64,000 bases of DNA from the NCBI GenBank assembly GCA_965208905.1, contig OZ242365.1, positions 800,001 to 864,000 of the forward strand, in the 5' to 3' direction. Numbering within the stretch: the stretch's first letter is position 1; each line of letters begins with the position of its first letter. Made by a program: the position numbers and the translations under genes. The DNA is from Nitrosopumilaceae archaeon (lineage in GTDB: Archaea > Thermoproteota > Nitrososphaeria > Nitrososphaerales > Nitrosopumilaceae). The notes under the pieces were generated by a model. It was not told the DNA's origin. It was given only the letters and a program-made list of their open reading frames with translations, and made no database searches. Of this stretch, positions 61,208 to 64,000 are shown piece by piece.

Positions 61208-62263
61208 TCTGTTGTACAAAAATTAGGTTCGACTAAGTTCTGGTTGCAAGCAAAGGAATACTTCACGCTTTATCGATCACGAAAAAAGATGAAAATGACA
61301 AAGTTGACGGATAAACAGATACGATACGCCATAAGGGAACGTGGTAAGGGTAAGACGCTTGTTGACATAGCAGACGATATAGGTGTAACACCACAACATG
61401 TAGGACGACTATGTGCAGAGTTTACAAGAACAGGACAGATACACGTGCAACAAAAGCCAGGCCGGCCAGTCCACCCACCACCGTCGGCAGAGGAGGTCCG
61501 AACCGTGTTGAACAAACATGCAGAGGAAGATGTAGGCATCATACGAACAGCAAGGAGGGTCAGAAAAGACAATCCGAATATAAGCTATGCCACCATATAT
61601 CGCATAATGAAAGAACATGGACTAGTCACATCATCTGTAGCAAAATCCAAAAAAAGAAAATACGTTAGGTATGAGCGCAAATATTCCAATGCCATGTGGC
61701 ATGTTGACTGGCATATAATGAAGGATCAACGCTTTGCAGGGCTCAACCTAGTCACATTTCTAGATGATTCATCAAGGTGTATAACGGGTGCTGCCCTATT
61801 CAAGGAAGCCACCTCAGAAAACGTAGTAGATGTGCTGCGACAAGCAATAGCGAGATTTGGTACACCGGCCACTATCCTCTCAGATAATGGTAGGTGTTTT
61901 AACGGGGGAAGAAGGCATGACGATTCACCTAAGGGCAAATGGAAGCCTACTGCGTTTGAGGCCGAGTTGTTAGACCGTGGAATCGAGATGATAAACTCAC
62001 GACCGTATCATCCGCAGACAAACGGCAAACTGGAACGCTTTCACGGTAGTATAGAGACAGAGATACATCATTATGATAGTCTATCTTCCTATATAGAGTA
62101 CTATAATGAGCGCAGACTTCACTTTTCGTTGGATATTGACAACTACGAGACACCACTACAGGCATTTTCTGTCAGAAAGGCCACAAAAGCGATCAGAGAA
62201 AAGGACCCAAAATGGATGGAGAGAGATACCGATGATTAACGAACATAATTTTCATATAAAACA
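61208..62263 (+). mobile_element. IS481-family insertion sequence (variant B, copy 2), 1056 bp
   Basis: Appears identical to 43261-44316; 15-bp TSD CACAAGGATCCAGGA at 61193-61207 and 62264-62278. Confidence 0.94.
61244..62239 (+). CDS. IS481-family DDE transposase
   Basis: Same protein as 43297..44292. Confidence 0.92.
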   Translation: MQAKEYFTLYRSRKKMKMTKLTDKQIRYAIRERGKGKTLVDIADDIGVTPQHVGRLCAEFTRTGQIHVQQKPGRPVHPPPSAEEVRTVLNKHAEEDVGIIRTARRVRKDNPNISYATIYRIMKEHGLVTSSVAKSKKRKYVRYERKYSNAMWHVDWHIMKDQRFAGLNLVTFLDDSSRCITGAALFKEATSENVVDVLRQAIARFGTPATILSDNGRCFNGGRRHDDSPKGKWKPTAFEAELLDRGIEMINSRPYHPQTNGKLERFHGSIETEIHHYDSLSSYIEYYNERRLHFSLDIDNYETPLQAFSVRKATKAIREKDPKWMERDTDD

Positions 62264-62369
62264 CACAAGGATCCAGGACTTATCCCTGTAACTGTAACCT
62301 AAAAACAGCCAGACTTGTAAACCCATCTCATGAGTTAGGTTTTTAAAGTACTATAGTGTATAGAACGGT

Positions 62370-63696
62370 ATATATAGATCACATAGTGTCCGCATAGACC
62401 TGACACGCCCTCAGGCGCGTCACATATCCAAAATACGGAACTCACAGCGGTTCGTGTATAATTGGGCCGTAGAAAAGTTGCTGGTCGACCCCACACTCAC
62501 CGCATACGATCTCCAAAGTGAGTTTACCAAACTTCGCAGATGTACACCGCACCTACAGGAAGTGGAGCGCATATACCAAAATACGGCCATCAAGCAGGCC
62601 CGCACTGCTGCGGATGTCTCAAACAAATACGGCAACGGCAAACTAGGTTTCCGCTCCAGAAAGCGCGACAATACAAAGGCAGTATCATGTGGTGTACAGC
62701 CGCGATTTGTGGACAACAAGCATGCGTCATTGCCGGGCCTTGGTGTTGTTGAGTTGCCTGAGGAGCAGCCATACCAATTTCCACACAACTGGCTGTATGG
62801 CTCAAGGTCTTCCCGTTTGGTATGTGTAACACCAAAGTCGTGGATACATTATACGCCAAGTGACCACATATACAGGCTGCACATAACATATGACGTACCT
62901 ACACCCGAACGGCGCGCCAAAACCGGTGTTGTTGCCGGCATAGATGGGGATAACAAATCCAACGGTTGTCTGTAAGACAGACCACAACACTTCGTGTATA
63001 ATATCGTACGACACGGCAACCGCATTCCGCACGAACCGTACATGGAATGATGATGCGCGTCGCACCATATCACACCGCAACAAGCATTCCCGTACAACAT
63101 ACAAGATGAAACGTAAGCGAGAAAAGTACAATCGTGGTAATGCGAATGACCGCGAGTATGCGGAGTGGCTTCTAGCCAAGAAGATATGCGAGGGCGTGGA
63201 TGTGATATATGTCGAGCAGCTCCACCTTGAGGCCATGAGCAGGCGCGGTGGTAGGCACAAAAAGGGCATGAATCGTGGTATGCGGTTCATTCGGCATTAT
63301 GCAATACTGCGAAAGATACGCATTATCGCAGAGCGGTTGGGCATCCGTGTAGTAGAAGTGAATCCAAAACACACAAGCCAGGAGTGCAGTGTGTGCGGCT
63401 ACACAAACAAGGAGAATCGAAATGGGGAGATGTTCAAGTGTCTCAAATGTGACCACATGGCAAACGCCGACGGCAATGCGTCGGTGAATATAATTCAACG
63501 GGGGACCGGTATGAAGGTTCCCGCGGGGGAAGGAATAGTCCTCGAAAGGCGTGAAATGGGCCGGACCCGGAAGCCACCTGTTTGTGCAGTTCCGGACGCC
63601 AGACGGCGGCGTGAGAATCAAGCGTGCAATCGACCCAAAACATCAAGCGTCATGAAGCACCTGGGAATGTACGCGTATGTTACGTATGTTCAGTAA
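62370..63696 (+). pseudogene. tnpB: TnpB, frameshifted
   Basis: Frame open from ~62370 (IYRSHSVRID...QRFVYNW) without an ATG; frameshift in RuvC-I (VAGID / GITNP, ~62945); YVEQL, TSQECSVCG..CLKC, NADGNASVNI. Confidence 0.85.
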
Positions 63697-64000
63697 GGTG
63701 GATAATTCCCAAGGATCCTAATGTTGCACCAATACTTATCCAGAACACAGTGGCAGAGACGGCAGTCATTGCGCGATATCATTCAATGTTGGGCAAGTAG
63801 GCCGGTGCATCCGGCTACTCTTCTGCATTATGCGGGTCTCCTCATGGAAGCCTAAATGTGTATGCCTGAAAAGTTGATGTTATATCTTTTAATTACTATC
63901 AATCATACGAGTTGTTTTTTTGTGTTTGTTAAAAAGTAGATTGTGCTTCTATGATGATCATGGGGACTATGTGGGTCAGTCGATATCTATACATTCTATG

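Noticed and set aside
61166-61243. N-terminal extension of the 357-aa transposase ORF
   Set aside because: It begins outside the IS boundary (61208); chance read-in from flanking DNA.
62935-62975. Programmed frameshift or intron in the third tnpB
   Set aside because: Sequence is missing rather than inserted in the RuvC-I motif, there is no BHB or slippery heptamer, and the start codon also appears lost; decay is more likely.

Overview
Chromosomal window of an ammonia-oxidising archaeon (Nitrosopumilaceae-like Thaumarchaeota, inferred from gene content). It carries 3HP/4HB-cycle genes (acetyl/propionyl-CoA carboxylase operon, 3-hydroxyacyl-CoA dehydrogenase), an 11-subunit complex I operon without nuoEFG, a full urease cluster with two DUR3-type urea symporters, the DnaJ-ferredoxin fusion, tuf-rps10-rpoP, FBP aldolase/phosphatase, corA, hemL, carAB and DNA glycosylases. 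Main observation: carB appears frameshifted but is interrupted by a 22-nt insert (55644-55665) that folds into a bulge-helix-bulge-like motif. Removing it by the archaeal splicing-endonuclease rule restores the conserved G-E-F-D-Y-S-G motif and a 1085-aa CarB, so it is a candidate protein-coding (mRNA) intron. A tRNA-Glu(UUC) 1.7 kb away has a clear 14-nt BHB intron in its T-loop. The mobilome is also unusual: two divergent TnpB genes share near-identical inverted termini (GGTTCCTCCCGCAA...), orphan copies of that end occur elsewhere, three IS481 elements have 15-bp target duplications (two hit TnpB loci), and there is an IS6-like MITE. All calls come from reading the sequence; no searches were run.
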